Assembly: GCA_002282385.1 (NCBI GenBank)
Contig: NCJG01000004.1
Location: 12,254-76,253, forward strand
Reading direction: 5' to 3'
DNA from: Sphingomonadales bacterium 39-57-19
Lineage (GTDB): Bacteria; Pseudomonadota; Alphaproteobacteria; Sphingomonadales; Sphingomonadaceae
Length of the DNA stretch: 64,000 nt
Below, one piece after another: positions 1 through 8,828 of the stretch. The notes under the pieces are model-generated. The model was not told the origin of the DNA. It worked only from the letters and a program-made list of their open reading frames with translations, and did not search any database. Numbering within the stretch: the first letter of the stretch is position 1; each line of letters begins with the position of its first letter. The translations under genes and the position numbers were made by a program.

Positions 1-453
1 GCTGCGCGGTCGCGGGCAACGCCGGTCTTCCTGAAAGTCGCGCCTGATTTGCAACCCGCCGACATTGACGATATTGTCAGCGTGGCGATGGCACGCGGCG
101 TTGCGGCTTTGATCGTATCGAACACAACCATTTCGCGGCCCGACCTGCAATCGAAACATGCCGGCGAAACCGGCGGCCTGTCGGGTGCGCCCTTGCGTGA
201 CCTTGCGCAGCAACGCCTCATCGATTTTCGCAAGGCGAGTGGGGGCAAGCTGGGCTTGATTGGCGTTGGCGGCATTGCTTCGGCCGAAGATGCATATGCG
301 CGCATCCGTGCGGGCGCATCTTTGGTGCAAATTTACAGTGCGCTTGTGTATCATGGCCCCGGACTGGCGCTTAAAATCAACCGGCAATTGCTGAAACTTT
401 TGCAGCGCGACGGGTTTGCCAATATCTCGGACGCCGTGGGGACTGACGCGTAA
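1..453 (+). CDS. pyrD: Dihydroorotate dehydrogenase (quinone), 5'-truncated
   Basis: Frame is open from base 1 (AARSRATPVFLKVAPDL). Class 2 DHODH motifs LKVAPD, SNTT, GGLSG, IGVGGI and VQIYSAL; stop TAA 451-453. Confidence 0.95.
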   Translation, partial: AARSRATPVFLKVAPDLQPADIDDIVSVAMARGVAALIVSNTTISRPDLQSKHAGETGGLSGAPLRDLAQQRLIDFRKASGGKLGLIGVGGIASAEDAYARIRAGASLVQIYSALVYHGPGLALKINRQLLKLLQRDGFANISDAVGTDA

Positions 454-497
454 ATCCGGACTTGGCATTGCCGTGTAAACGGGGCTAGGTATCGGGC

Positions 498-2240
498 ATG
501 AAAAAATTGTCCTTCGCGATCAGCGCACTCGTCCTTGCCGCTCAACCGGTTTTTGCCGAAAATGTCGGCGTCACATCATCGGCCGATCCCCGTGTTACCG
601 AAGCAGGGATGGAAATGTTGCGTCAGGGTGGTTCTGCTGCCGATGCGGCGATGGCCATGATGTTGGCGCTGACCGTCGTTGAACCGCAATCCAGCGGCAT
701 TGGTGGCGGCGGCTTCCTTTTGTATCAAGACAGCGCAAAGGGCGTGTTATCAACCATCAACGGGCGCGAGACGGCGCCAGCTGCGGCGACACCCGATCGT
801 TTTGTCGGACCAGACGGCAAAGCGCTCGGTTTCTTGGAGGCCTTTCAGGGCGGGCGTTCCGTGGGCGTTCCCGGCAATATCCAGCTTATGGCGGAAACCC
901 ACCGCAAATGGGGCAAGCTGTCTTGGGCGACGATTTTCAAGCCCGCCATCCGCCTTGCCGACAAAGGGTTCATCGTCAACAAGACGCTTGAATCACGGCT
1001 GAAGGGCATTCAGCCACTGTGGTCTAACTTTGACGCTGCGCGCGCGATTTATTGGCGCAACGGCGCGCCCGTGACCGCAGGTATGAAGCTTAATAATCCA
1101 CAACTTGCCGCGACGTTAAAGTTGCTCGCGAAAAAGGGACCCGATGCATTTTACACCGGCCCCATCGCCAACCAGATTGTGGGTGCGGTCACGACGAGCA
1201 AGCTTAGCCCCGGCGACATGACCATGACGGACCTTGCGCAATATCGCGCAAAGGAACAGCAGGCTGTTTGCGCGCCGTACCGCGTCTATGTGGTGTGCGG
1301 CATGGCCCCCCCTTCATCAGGCGCGACAACGGTCTTGCAAATATTGGGCACATTGCAACGGTTTGACTTGGCGGCGTCGGGCAAAAACAGCCCCCAAAGC
1401 TGGCACCTGATTGGTCAGGCGATGCAGCTGGCTTATGCCGACCGCGAAAAATATTTGGCGGATGATGCCTTTGTAAATGTGCCGGTCGCAGGGCTTTTGA
1501 ACCCCGAATATATCAAAGAACGCTCCGCGCTTATTGACCCTGAAAAGGCGCGCACGGACTATCCCGCAGGGAACCCACCCGGCGCGATGCCGCGCACGGC
1601 GGCCATTTCAAGTGAAGTCGCAGGGACAACGCATTTCACGGCAGTCGACCGCAACGGCAATATCGCCAATATGACATCGACGATTGAGGGGCCATTTGGC
1701 AGCCAGCTGGTCGCGGGCGGCTTTTTCTTGAACAACGAATTGACCGACTTCACCTTTTCACCCGAAAAAAATGGCGCGCCAGTTGCCAACCGCGTGATGG
1801 GCGGAAAGCGGCCATTGTCTTCCATGTCCCCTACGATTGTGTTTGATCGCGATGGCCGCGCGATTCTCGCGCTTGGTTCAGCCGGCGGAAAACGCATCAT
1901 CATGCATGTGACCAAGACGCTGATTGGCGTCATCGACTTTGGCCTTCCGCTCGATCAAGCGATTGCGCTGCCGAATATCTATTTTGGCGGTGGCGGTCTT
2001 GAGGTTGAACAAAATACCATGCTTTCGGCGATGTCTGATGGCCTCAGCAAATTTGGACAGACGGTTCGCCCTGTCGATTTGGGTTCAAAAGTTAACGGCG
2101 CGCAATTTATCGGGAATAGCTGGACCGGGGCCTCCGACCCACGCAGCGAGGGGACATCGTCCACCATCGACGCCAAGGGCAAAGTGAAAGTAACCGTGCC
2201 GCGATTGGTTGATGAGGCACCGACCGAGGATGTCGGTTAA
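498..2240 (+). CDS. ggt: Gamma-glutamyltransferase, exported
   Basis: Signal peptide; motifs EPQSSGIGGG, GRETAP, GTTHF (Thr nucleophile), LNNELTDF and RPLSSMSP. Confidence 0.95.
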   Translation: MKKLSFAISALVLAAQPVFAENVGVTSSADPRVTEAGMEMLRQGGSAADAAMAMMLALTVVEPQSSGIGGGGFLLYQDSAKGVLSTINGRETAPAAATPDRFVGPDGKALGFLEAFQGGRSVGVPGNIQLMAETHRKWGKLSWATIFKPAIRLADKGFIVNKTLESRLKGIQPLWSNFDAARAIYWRNGAPVTAGMKLNNPQLAATLKLLAKKGPDAFYTGPIANQIVGAVTTSKLSPGDMTMTDLAQYRAKEQQAVCAPYRVYVVCGMAPPSSGATTVLQILGTLQRFDLAASGKNSPQSWHLIGQAMQLAYADREKYLADDAFVNVPVAGLLNPEYIKERSALIDPEKARTDYPAGNPPGAMPRTAAISSEVAGTTHFTAVDRNGNIANMTSTIEGPFGSQLVAGGFFLNNELTDFTFSPEKNGAPVANRVMGGKRPLSSMSPTIVFDRDGRAILALGSAGGKRIIMHVTKTLIGVIDFGLPLDQAIALPNIYFGGGGLEVEQNTMLSAMSDGLSKFGQTVRPVDLGSKVNGAQFIGNSWTGASDPRSEGTSSTIDAKGKVKVTVPRLVDEAPTEDVG

Positions 2241-2334
2241 CGCTAACGGCACGTTGCGCCTAACGCATCGGCGCGCTAGCGTAATTTTTCAGAGTCCCAT
2301 AATGGACCGCAAAATGTTGTTTAGGAGAGAATAA

Positions 2335-4146
2335 GTGGCTGCCGAGCAATTTGACGATTTTGACAGCTTCCCCAACCTCGTCACCATGTTTTTTGCGCGC
2401 GCGCGGTATCGCGGTGACGCACCCTTTTTGTGGGCAAAATATGATGGTACGTGGCAATCCTTAAGCTGGGCTGAGGTCGCGCGCCAGGTTGCGGGCTTTG
2501 CCAAATCGCTGCGCCAGCTTGGGCTGGAAAAGGGCGACCGGGTCATGCTCGTGTCGGAAAATCGCCCCGAATGGTGTATCGCCGATCTGGGCATCATGGC
2601 GGCTGGATGCGTAACCGTGCCGACTTACGTCACCAATACCGAACGCGACCATCAACATATTCTCGACGACAGCGCCGCGCGCGCGGTGATTGTGTCGACC
2701 GCAAAACTGGCAAAGACATTGATGCCGGCGGCATTGCGGTCGTCGCAAGCGGAATTCATCATTGCTATGGAGCCGCAGCCAGCGGTGCAGCATGGCCAAT
2801 TGTCGATGCACCAATGGTCCGACATGGTTCAGGGCAATGATGCCGATGTACGGGCTGCTGAGGCGGCTATGGCCACAGTAACGCGCGACGATTTGGCGTG
2901 CATCATCTACACCAGCGGCACCGGCGGTGCGCCGCGTGGTGTGATGCAGCATCATGGCGCGATATTGCACAATGTCGACGGAGCCGCTGAGGTGCTGCGC
3001 GAGGATTTTGGGCTGGATGAAGAAGAAGTCTTCCTGTCATTTTTGCCGCTCTCGCACGCCTACGAACATAGCGGTGGGCAATTCCTTCCCATCAGTGTCG
3101 GCGCGCAAATCTATTATGCGGAAGGGCTGGAAAAGCTCGCCTCCAATATCGAGGAAACACGGCCAACCGTGATGGTAGTCGTTCCCCGATTGTTTGAAGT
3201 CCTGCGTCAAAGAATGATCAAGGCAGTCGAAAAGCAGGGTAAGTTTCCAAACTACTTGCTCAATAAAGCCCTGACCATCGGCGAACGAGACTATTCGGGG
3301 CGCAAGCGGCTTTCCGATGCGCCGATGCGGTTGATTTTATCGCGGACGATTAAGCCCAAAATCCAGGGGCGCTTTGGCGGCCGGATGAAGGCAATGGTAT
3401 CGGGCGGTGCGCCGCTCAACCCCGACATTGGTGTGTTTTTCCAATCCTTGGGCATTACTTTGCTGCAAGGTTACGGGCAGACCGAGTCCGGCCCCGTCAT
3501 CAGCTGCAACCGGCCGCAAGCCGGTATCAAGATGGATACCGTTGGCCCGCCGCTGAAGAATACTGAGGTCAAGATTGCCGAAGATGGCGAGATCCTTGTG
3601 CGCGGTCCTTTGGTGATGAAGGGCTATTGGCGGAACAAGGCGGAAACCGACCGGGTCATCAAGGATGGTTGGTTGCACACTGGTGACATCGGACACATTG
3701 ATGATTGCGGACGTATTGCCATTACCGACCGCAAAAAGGACCTGATCGTCAACGACAAGGGCGACAACATCGCGCCGCAGAAGATTGAGGGCATGCTCAC
3801 GCTGCAGCCCGAAATTTTGCAGGCGATGGTTTCAGGGGACAAGCGGCCTTACATCGTTGGCCTTATCGTTCCGGATCCCGAATGGGCGCTGGAATGGGCG
3901 CGTGCACAAGATATGAAATATGATTTCAATGCCTTGCAGGCCAATCCTCAGTTTCGGGCTGCGGTTCGTGCCGCGGTTGACCGCGTCAACGCCGATGTGT
4001 CGGTAACCGAAAAGGTCCGCCAGTTCGAATTTGCCGATGAGCCTTTCACAATCGAAAATGGCGAAATGACGCCGAGCATGAAAATTCGGCGCCATGTCAT
4101 CCGCGAACGTTACGCCGCGCGCGTCAATGGCCTTTACAAGGACTAA
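2335..4146 (+). CDS. Long-chain fatty acid-CoA ligase (AMP-binding, FadD15-like)
   Basis: Motifs IIYTSGTGGAPRG, QGYGQTE, GWLHTGDIG and DRKKDLIV; GTG start after AGGAGA RBS. Confidence 0.9.
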   Translation: MAAEQFDDFDSFPNLVTMFFARARYRGDAPFLWAKYDGTWQSLSWAEVARQVAGFAKSLRQLGLEKGDRVMLVSENRPEWCIADLGIMAAGCVTVPTYVTNTERDHQHILDDSAARAVIVSTAKLAKTLMPAALRSSQAEFIIAMEPQPAVQHGQLSMHQWSDMVQGNDADVRAAEAAMATVTRDDLACIIYTSGTGGAPRGVMQHHGAILHNVDGAAEVLREDFGLDEEEVFLSFLPLSHAYEHSGGQFLPISVGAQIYYAEGLEKLASNIEETRPTVMVVVPRLFEVLRQRMIKAVEKQGKFPNYLLNKALTIGERDYSGRKRLSDAPMRLILSRTIKPKIQGRFGGRMKAMVSGGAPLNPDIGVFFQSLGITLLQGYGQTESGPVISCNRPQAGIKMDTVGPPLKNTEVKIAEDGEILVRGPLVMKGYWRNKAETDRVIKDGWLHTGDIGHIDDCGRIAITDRKKDLIVNDKGDNIAPQKIEGMLTLQPEILQAMVSGDKRPYIVGLIVPDPEWALEWARAQDMKYDFNALQANPQFRAAVRAAVDRVNADVSVTEKVRQFEFADEPFTIENGEMTPSMKIRRHVIRERYAARVNGLYKD

Positions 4147-4195
4147 CGCGTCGCGACGTTGTGTCGGTTTGCTTATTTCGCGTCCAGCCATGCAC

Positions 4196-4218
4196 TGACC
4201 CCGGAACGGATCCGGGGT
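4196..4218. repeat. Single degenerate REP-like palindrome
   Basis: TGACCCCGGAACGGATCCGGGGT contains the hairpin ACCCCGGA-N5-TCCGGGGT and lies between convergent genes. Same 8-bp arm/5-nt loop design as the units at 13157 and 47610. Confidence 0.5.
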
Positions 4219-4278
4219 TGGGTTTTGATGCGCGTTTCTACCGACCGGATTTTCATATGACTGCTCCCCGGTGGGGCG

Positions 4279-5019
4279 CTATGCATTTTGCGCCCATATA
4301 AGAAATTCGATATTGCCTTGCGGCCCTGTAATTGGGCTGGTGGTCAAACCGCGTATCGTCCAGTTTTTTTCGACCAACCACTGCTGTACCTCGTTGCAAA
4401 CGCGTTCATGGACTTCAGGGTCCCGCACGACGCCGCCTTTGCCAACTTCTTCGCGGCCAGCCTCAAACTGTGGTTTGATAAGGGCGATCAATTGCGCGCC
4501 GCTTTTGGCAAAGGTCAAAGGCCGCTCAAGCACTTTGGCGAGGCCTATGAAGCTTGCGTCACAAACGATAAGATCAACGGGCTCGGTAATATGCACGTCG
4601 GTCAATATGCGCGCGCTTGTCTGTTCATGAACCACAACGCGGGGGTGTTGCCGCAGTTTCCACGCAAGCTGGTTCGTGCCGCTATCGACGGCGAAAACGC
4701 GCGTTGCCCCTTGCGTCAGCATAACGTCGGTAAAGCCGCCGGTTGAGGAACCCACATCAATGGCCACCATGCCGGTTACATCGATGGCAAATTCATCAAG
4801 GGCATGGGCAAGCTTAATGCCGCCGCGCGACACCCACGGATGATCGCTGCCCTTCACACTGATTTCGGTATCTTCGGCGATTTGCTGCCCTGGCTTTAGT
4901 GCCTTGGCATCACCGATATAGACATGGCCCGCCATGACCAATGCCTGCGCGCGCGTCTTGCTTTCGGCAAGGCCGCGATCAACGATCAATTGGTCTAGTC
5001 GTGTTTTTTTGGTCGCCAT
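4279..5019 (-). CDS. tlyA: TlyA-family rRNA 2'-O-methyltransferase
   Basis: S4 domain (RLDQLIVDRGL), WVSRGGIKL, IDVGSSTGGFTD, CDASFI and LIKPQFE. Start placed at ATG 5019 (MATKK), not the 5406 ORF start. Confidence 0.93.
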   Translation of the reverse strand: MATKKTRLDQLIVDRGLAESKTRAQALVMAGHVYIGDAKALKPGQQIAEDTEISVKGSDHPWVSRGGIKLAHALDEFAIDVTGMVAIDVGSSTGGFTDVMLTQGATRVFAVDSGTNQLAWKLRQHPRVVVHEQTSARILTDVHITEPVDLIVCDASFIGLAKVLERPLTFAKSGAQLIALIKPQFEAGREEVGKGGVVRDPEVHERVCNEVQQWLVEKNWTIRGLTTSPITGPQGNIEFLIWAQNA

Positions 5020-5068
5020 GTCGCAACGCGCTAGCGGAGCAGATGCGATTTGGCCATAAGACAAAGTC

Positions 5069-5599
5069 ATGCAAACCCGTAACCTGACCCTGATTGCAAT
5101 GTTGCTGCTCGCATCCTGCGTTGCGCCGCCGCCACCGCCAGCGCAGAGGGCAGCGCCCGTGCCGCCACCGGTGGCCGCCACGCCTGCGCCAACGCCGCGT
5201 CTGTCGGCGGATTGGAATGACTGGCCGTTTGCCGTGGGTGATTGGTTGTATCGGCGCGATGATCGCGGATCAATTGCTGTATTTGGACCGACTGACCAAA
5301 ATGCAGTCGTCAGCCTGCGCTGCGACCTGCAAAATCGGCGCATATATGTGTCGCGTGAAGCGACTGCACCGGGGCAACGCATTGTCATACGGACATCTTC
5401 GTCCATGAAGGAATTTGTCGCAAAGCCGACCGGCGGAACGCCCGGCTATCTGGCCAGTGAAATCATGCCGATGGACGCGATATTGGATGCGATGGCGTTT
5501 AGCCGCGGGCGGATATTATTGGAAACGGACGGGCATCCGCCCATCATTTTGCCCGCATGGGCAGAGATAGCACGCATTGTCGAAGATTGCCGCAATTAG
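5069..5599 (+). CDS. Hypothetical lipoprotein with Pro-rich linker
   Basis: Lipobox LLASC, Pro/Ala-rich tether, then a globular domain with a Cys pair (LRCD...EDCR). Confidence 0.75.
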   Translation: MQTRNLTLIAMLLLASCVAPPPPPAQRAAPVPPPVAATPAPTPRLSADWNDWPFAVGDWLYRRDDRGSIAVFGPTDQNAVVSLRCDLQNRRIYVSREATAPGQRIVIRTSSSMKEFVAKPTGGTPGYLASEIMPMDAILDAMAFSRGRILLETDGHPPIILPAWAEIARIVEDCRN

Positions 5600-5749
5600 C
5601 CTTTTGACGATGTCAAATATTGCGGCGCGGAACCCCAATATTTGCCCGAAAAATAATTTAATACAAGACTTGTTTACGTCACCCCTTTGATTCAACTTCA
5701 GTCCTGCGGAGGGCAGATATATGTTTGAAGCAAGCAATTTCCATTCAAC

Positions 5750-5764
5750 GAAAGGAGGTGATCC
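5750..5764 (+). promoter_or_regulatory. Extended Shine-Dalgarno, 15-nt perfect complement of the 16S rRNA 3' end
   Basis: GAAAGGAGGTGATCC is the reverse complement of GGAUCACCUCCUUUC. The GGAGG core is 7 nt from ATG 5766. Confidence 0.85.
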
Positions 5765-5765
5765 G

Positions 5766-5825
5766 ATGTCTCATGGTTCAGTTAAGAGGTCGGGGAATTC
5801 CGTTCGGGAGATCGGCCGCCGATGA
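5766..5825 (+). CDS. Candidate small protein, 19 aa (MSHGSVKRSGNSVREIGRR)
   Basis: ATG at optimal spacing from a maximal SD, TGA at 5823-5825, and an intrinsic terminator downstream. Below the ORF-track cutoff; translation not proven. Confidence 0.55.
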   Translation: MSHGSVKRSGNSVREIGRR

Positions 5826-5895
5826 TATCGGCGATGCCGGTCACGGCATGAAAGCAACTTCCGGCAGCGGCACATCCGACCGCTGACCCATGTTT

Positions 5896-5927
5896 AAGGG
5901 CCGTTGGATCATTCCAGCGGCCCTTTT
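5896..5927 (+). terminator. Intrinsic terminator
   Basis: AAGGGCCGTTGGA-TCAT-TCCAGCGGCCCTT (13 bp, one G-U) followed by a T-run. Confidence 0.85.
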
Positions 5928-6033
5928 CTGTTTCGCTGGTCTTATCAGCGCGCAACATCTTTTTGTCGAACAATAGTGGCAAATGACGTTCGAATGCTTA
6001 CATCAGAACAAAGATCAAAAGGGGCATCACATT

Positions 6034-7908
6034 ATGCAGTTTCTGCGCGTCAGCTGGAAAATATTGGTCGGGTTTAAGGACCTGCTGGTGCTCTTTTTCC
6101 TGTTATTGTTCTTCCTCGCGATATTCGCGCTTCTGAACGCCAGCCCCAATCCGGCGGTCGTGCGCGATGGTGCATTGTTGCTGAAACTTGATGGCGTTAT
6201 TTCCGAACAGCCTGCAGAAGTTGACCCGCTGACAGCGCTCACATCCTCAGCCATGCCAACCGGTGAAATCCGGCAACGCGACGTCGTTCGCGCGCTAAAG
6301 CTCGCGGAAAAAGATACGCGGGTGAAATTGGTCGTTGTCGACATGGAACGGTTCATGGGCGGCGGACAGGCGAGCCTTGCGGCAATCGGCAACAGCCTTG
6401 AGGCGGTGAAAAAGGCGGGCAAGCCAGTCTATGCCTTCGCCACGGCCTATTCGGACGACAGCTATCAACTGGCGGCCCATGCCACGCAAATCTGGATGGA
6501 CCCGTTGGGCGGCGCCATGATAACCGGACCCGGCGGATCACAGCCATATTATAAAGGCTTGCTCGACCAGCTTGGGGTGAAAGCCAACATCTACCGTGTC
6601 GGTACCTTCAAGAGCGCCGTTGAACCTTATATGCGGACCGAGCAATCGCCTGAATCCAAAATGGCCATCAAGGGCGTGTATGATGAGGTCTGGAGCCAGT
6701 GGAAAGCGGGCGTAGCAAAGGCGCGCCCTCAGGCGCAGCTGGACCGCATGTTGACCGACCCGGCCGGTGCGGTGGAGTCTGTTAAAGGTGATCTGGCGCA
6801 ATTGGCGCTGTCGTCGCGTCTGGTCGACAAGCTGGGTGACCGTATCGCATTCGGCAAATTCATCGCCGGCAAGGTTGGCGCGGATGACAAGAAAACGACT
6901 GGCGGTTTTGCCCACACACCGATGGACGCGTTACTTGCGAGCTACGGTCCAGCAACCGCGGGTGCACAGATTGGCGTCGTGACCATTGCGGGTACGATCG
7001 TCGATGGAGAGGGTGGTCCCGGAACCGCAGCGGGCGACACCGTCAGCGGTCTTATTTATGATGCGCTCGACAATAAGGATTTGAAAGCGTTGGTGGTCCG
7101 CGTGGATTCGCCGGGCGGTTCGGTCACAGCGTCTGAAAAAATCCGTCTGGCGATTGAAGCGGCGAAGGCGAAAAAGATTCCGGTCATCGTTTCGATGGCG
7201 AATTTGGCTGCAAGCGGCGGTTATTGGATATCGCTTCCTGCCGATGTCATCTTTGCCGATCCCGCCACGATTACCGGATCCATTGGTATCTTCGGTGTCA
7301 TTCCAAGCGCGGAGGCTGGGCTTGCGAAAATCGGCGTGAATGCCGACGGCGTGAAGACGACGCCATTGTCCGGCGAACCGGATATCTTGAATGGGTTCAG
7401 CCCCGAATTTGACCGCGTGGCCCAAAGCGCCATTGAGAATGGCTATCGTCAGTTCCTGACCCGCGTAGCCACGGCGCGCAAGAAAACGCCCGAACAAGTC
7501 GATGCTATCGCACAGGGGCGTGTATGGGCGGGTGGTACGGCCCGTCAGCTCGGCCTTGTCGACAGGACCGGTGGTATGAATGATGCGTTTGCGGAAGCGG
7601 CAAAGCGTGCCGGATTGAAACCCGATGGATGGCATGCCGAATATATTGAACCACCAACGAGCTTCGCAGACACGCTCATCAGTGGCCTGATGCCAAAGCG
7701 GGCGCAGGCTACAGCGCCGATGGATATTTTTGCGCAAGCATCATGGCAGCAGCAGTTGCTGTTCCAACGGATTTCGGCAGATTTGGATATGCTCACGGGC
7801 GTGCGTGGCGCGCAGGCCAAATGTCTTGAATGCGTGGATTTTGGCGCACCCGCGACGGCAAAGGCCGATACCGGTTGGTTCGCGATGTTGGTGAAGGCTT
7901 TAAGCTAA
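6034..7908 (+). CDS. sppA: Signal peptide peptidase SppA (protease IV, 67K type)
   Basis: N-terminal TM, two S49 domains; motifs GTFKSAVEPY, RVDSPGGS, AASGGYWIS and TITGSIG. Start at ATG 6034. Confidence 0.95.
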   Translation: MQFLRVSWKILVGFKDLLVLFFLLLFFLAIFALLNASPNPAVVRDGALLLKLDGVISEQPAEVDPLTALTSSAMPTGEIRQRDVVRALKLAEKDTRVKLVVVDMERFMGGGQASLAAIGNSLEAVKKAGKPVYAFATAYSDDSYQLAAHATQIWMDPLGGAMITGPGGSQPYYKGLLDQLGVKANIYRVGTFKSAVEPYMRTEQSPESKMAIKGVYDEVWSQWKAGVAKARPQAQLDRMLTDPAGAVESVKGDLAQLALSSRLVDKLGDRIAFGKFIAGKVGADDKKTTGGFAHTPMDALLASYGPATAGAQIGVVTIAGTIVDGEGGPGTAAGDTVSGLIYDALDNKDLKALVVRVDSPGGSVTASEKIRLAIEAAKAKKIPVIVSMANLAASGGYWISLPADVIFADPATITGSIGIFGVIPSAEAGLAKIGVNADGVKTTPLSGEPDILNGFSPEFDRVAQSAIENGYRQFLTRVATARKKTPEQVDAIAQGRVWAGGTARQLGLVDRTGGMNDAFAEAAKRAGLKPDGWHAEYIEPPTSFADTLISGLMPKRAQATAPMDIFAQASWQQQLLFQRISADLDMLTGVRGAQAKCLECVDFGAPATAKADTGWFAMLVKALS

Positions 7909-7913
7909 ATAAC

Positions 7914-7943
7914 TGTCATCCCGGGCCCATGTCCGAGATGACA
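7914..7943. repeat. Collapsed REP-like hairpin, possible bidirectional terminator
   Basis: TGTCATC-CCGG...CCGA-GATGACA keeps the GTCAT/ATGAC ends of the other REP doublets; lies between convergent genes. Confidence 0.5.
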
Positions 7944-7960
7944 ATTATAACTTAGGCTGC

Positions 7961-8272
7961 TTACGCCTTAATTGCGCAAATAAGCCCGGACGAGCTTACG
8001 ACGCCGAGTATTTCGGGGTCTTGCAGCGAGCGTGTGCGCTTCAGAAAGTCCTCGACGGTAATCTTGCGCATGTCCTGACCACGCAGCTTTTTAAGGCCGC
8101 TCAGCTTATTCAATTGCACAAGTGAAAGCCGGTCGACCATCCGGTCAGCCATGCAGGCTGCAATCGGACGGGATAGACCGGCATCCATCAGCGCGGTTCT
8201 TACGCGTGTTTCAGGGGTGGCACATGCCGAGAGCGCTAGTGCAACAAATGTGACCAGCGCTGCCCGATTCAT
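7961..8272 (-). CDS. Small hypothetical lipoprotein
   Basis: Lipobox LSAC; ATG overlaps the ppa stop (ATGA). Confidence 0.75.
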   Translation of the reverse strand: MNRAALVTFVALALSACATPETRVRTALMDAGLSRPIAACMADRMVDRLSLVQLNKLSGLKKLRGQDMRKITVEDFLKRTRSLQDPEILGVVSSSGLICAIKA

Positions 8273-8805
8273 ACACCATGTTCCTTCGCACGTTCGACGC
8301 ATTCCATAATAATGCGCTTGGCGTCGTTTTCATCACCCCAGCCATTCAACTTGGCCCATTTGCCGGGCTCCAGGTCTTTATAATGGGTGAAGAAATGCTC
8401 GATCTGTTGAAGGACGATTGGCGGCATATCTTTGTACGTCACAACGTCGGAATAATAAGGGAAGGTCTTGTTGACCGGCACGCAGAGCAATTTTTCATCA
8501 CCGCCAGCATCATCTTCCATCATCAAAACGCCAATCGGGCGGCACTTGACCACCGCGCCGGCGACGATAGGCGAGCGCGCGACGACAAGTGCGTCCAACG
8601 GGTCGCCATCTTCACCCAATGTATGCGGAACAAAGCCATAATTGGCGGGGTAACGCATGGGGGTGTGCAGGAAACGGTCTACGAAAAGAGCGCCAGAAGC
8701 CTTGTCGAATTCATACTTTACAGGTTCACCGCCAATGGGAACCTCGATCAGCACGTTAAGGCTTTCAGGCACATTGTCGCCTGCTGGAATCAAATCAATA
8801 CGCAT
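8269..8805 (-). CDS. ppa: Inorganic pyrophosphatase, family I
   Basis: Motifs KYEFDK, YPANYGF, DGDPLD, GDEKL and FFTHYKDLE. Confidence 0.97.
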   Translation of the reverse strand: MRIDLIPAGDNVPESLNVLIEVPIGGEPVKYEFDKASGALFVDRFLHTPMRYPANYGFVPHTLGEDGDPLDALVVARSPIVAGAVVKCRPIGVLMMEDDAGGDEKLLCVPVNKTFPYYSDVVTYKDMPPIVLQQIEHFFTHYKDLEPGKWAKLNGWGDENDAKRIIMECVERAKEHGV

Positions 8806-8828
8806 GGGAGAATGCTTTCAAATGGTTA

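Noticed and set aside
4279-5019. Hemolysin or virulence factor
   Set aside because: The S4 plus FtsJ methyltransferase architecture indicates a housekeeping rRNA methylase.
4279-5406. 375-aa TlyA, and similarly extended starts for sppA (5983), ldcA-like (44498), blaI-like (20754) and degP (56189)
   Set aside because: The extensions overlap other genes, repeats or promoters and lack family similarity; internal starts fit better.
5687-5700. FNR box upstream of the small ORF
   Set aside because: TTGAT-N4-CTTCA matches only 2/5 of the ATCAA half-site.
5750-5764. 16S rRNA gene fragment on the minus strand
   Set aside because: The match stops after GATCC (continues GATGTC, not AGCCGCA), and there is no other rRNA similarity.
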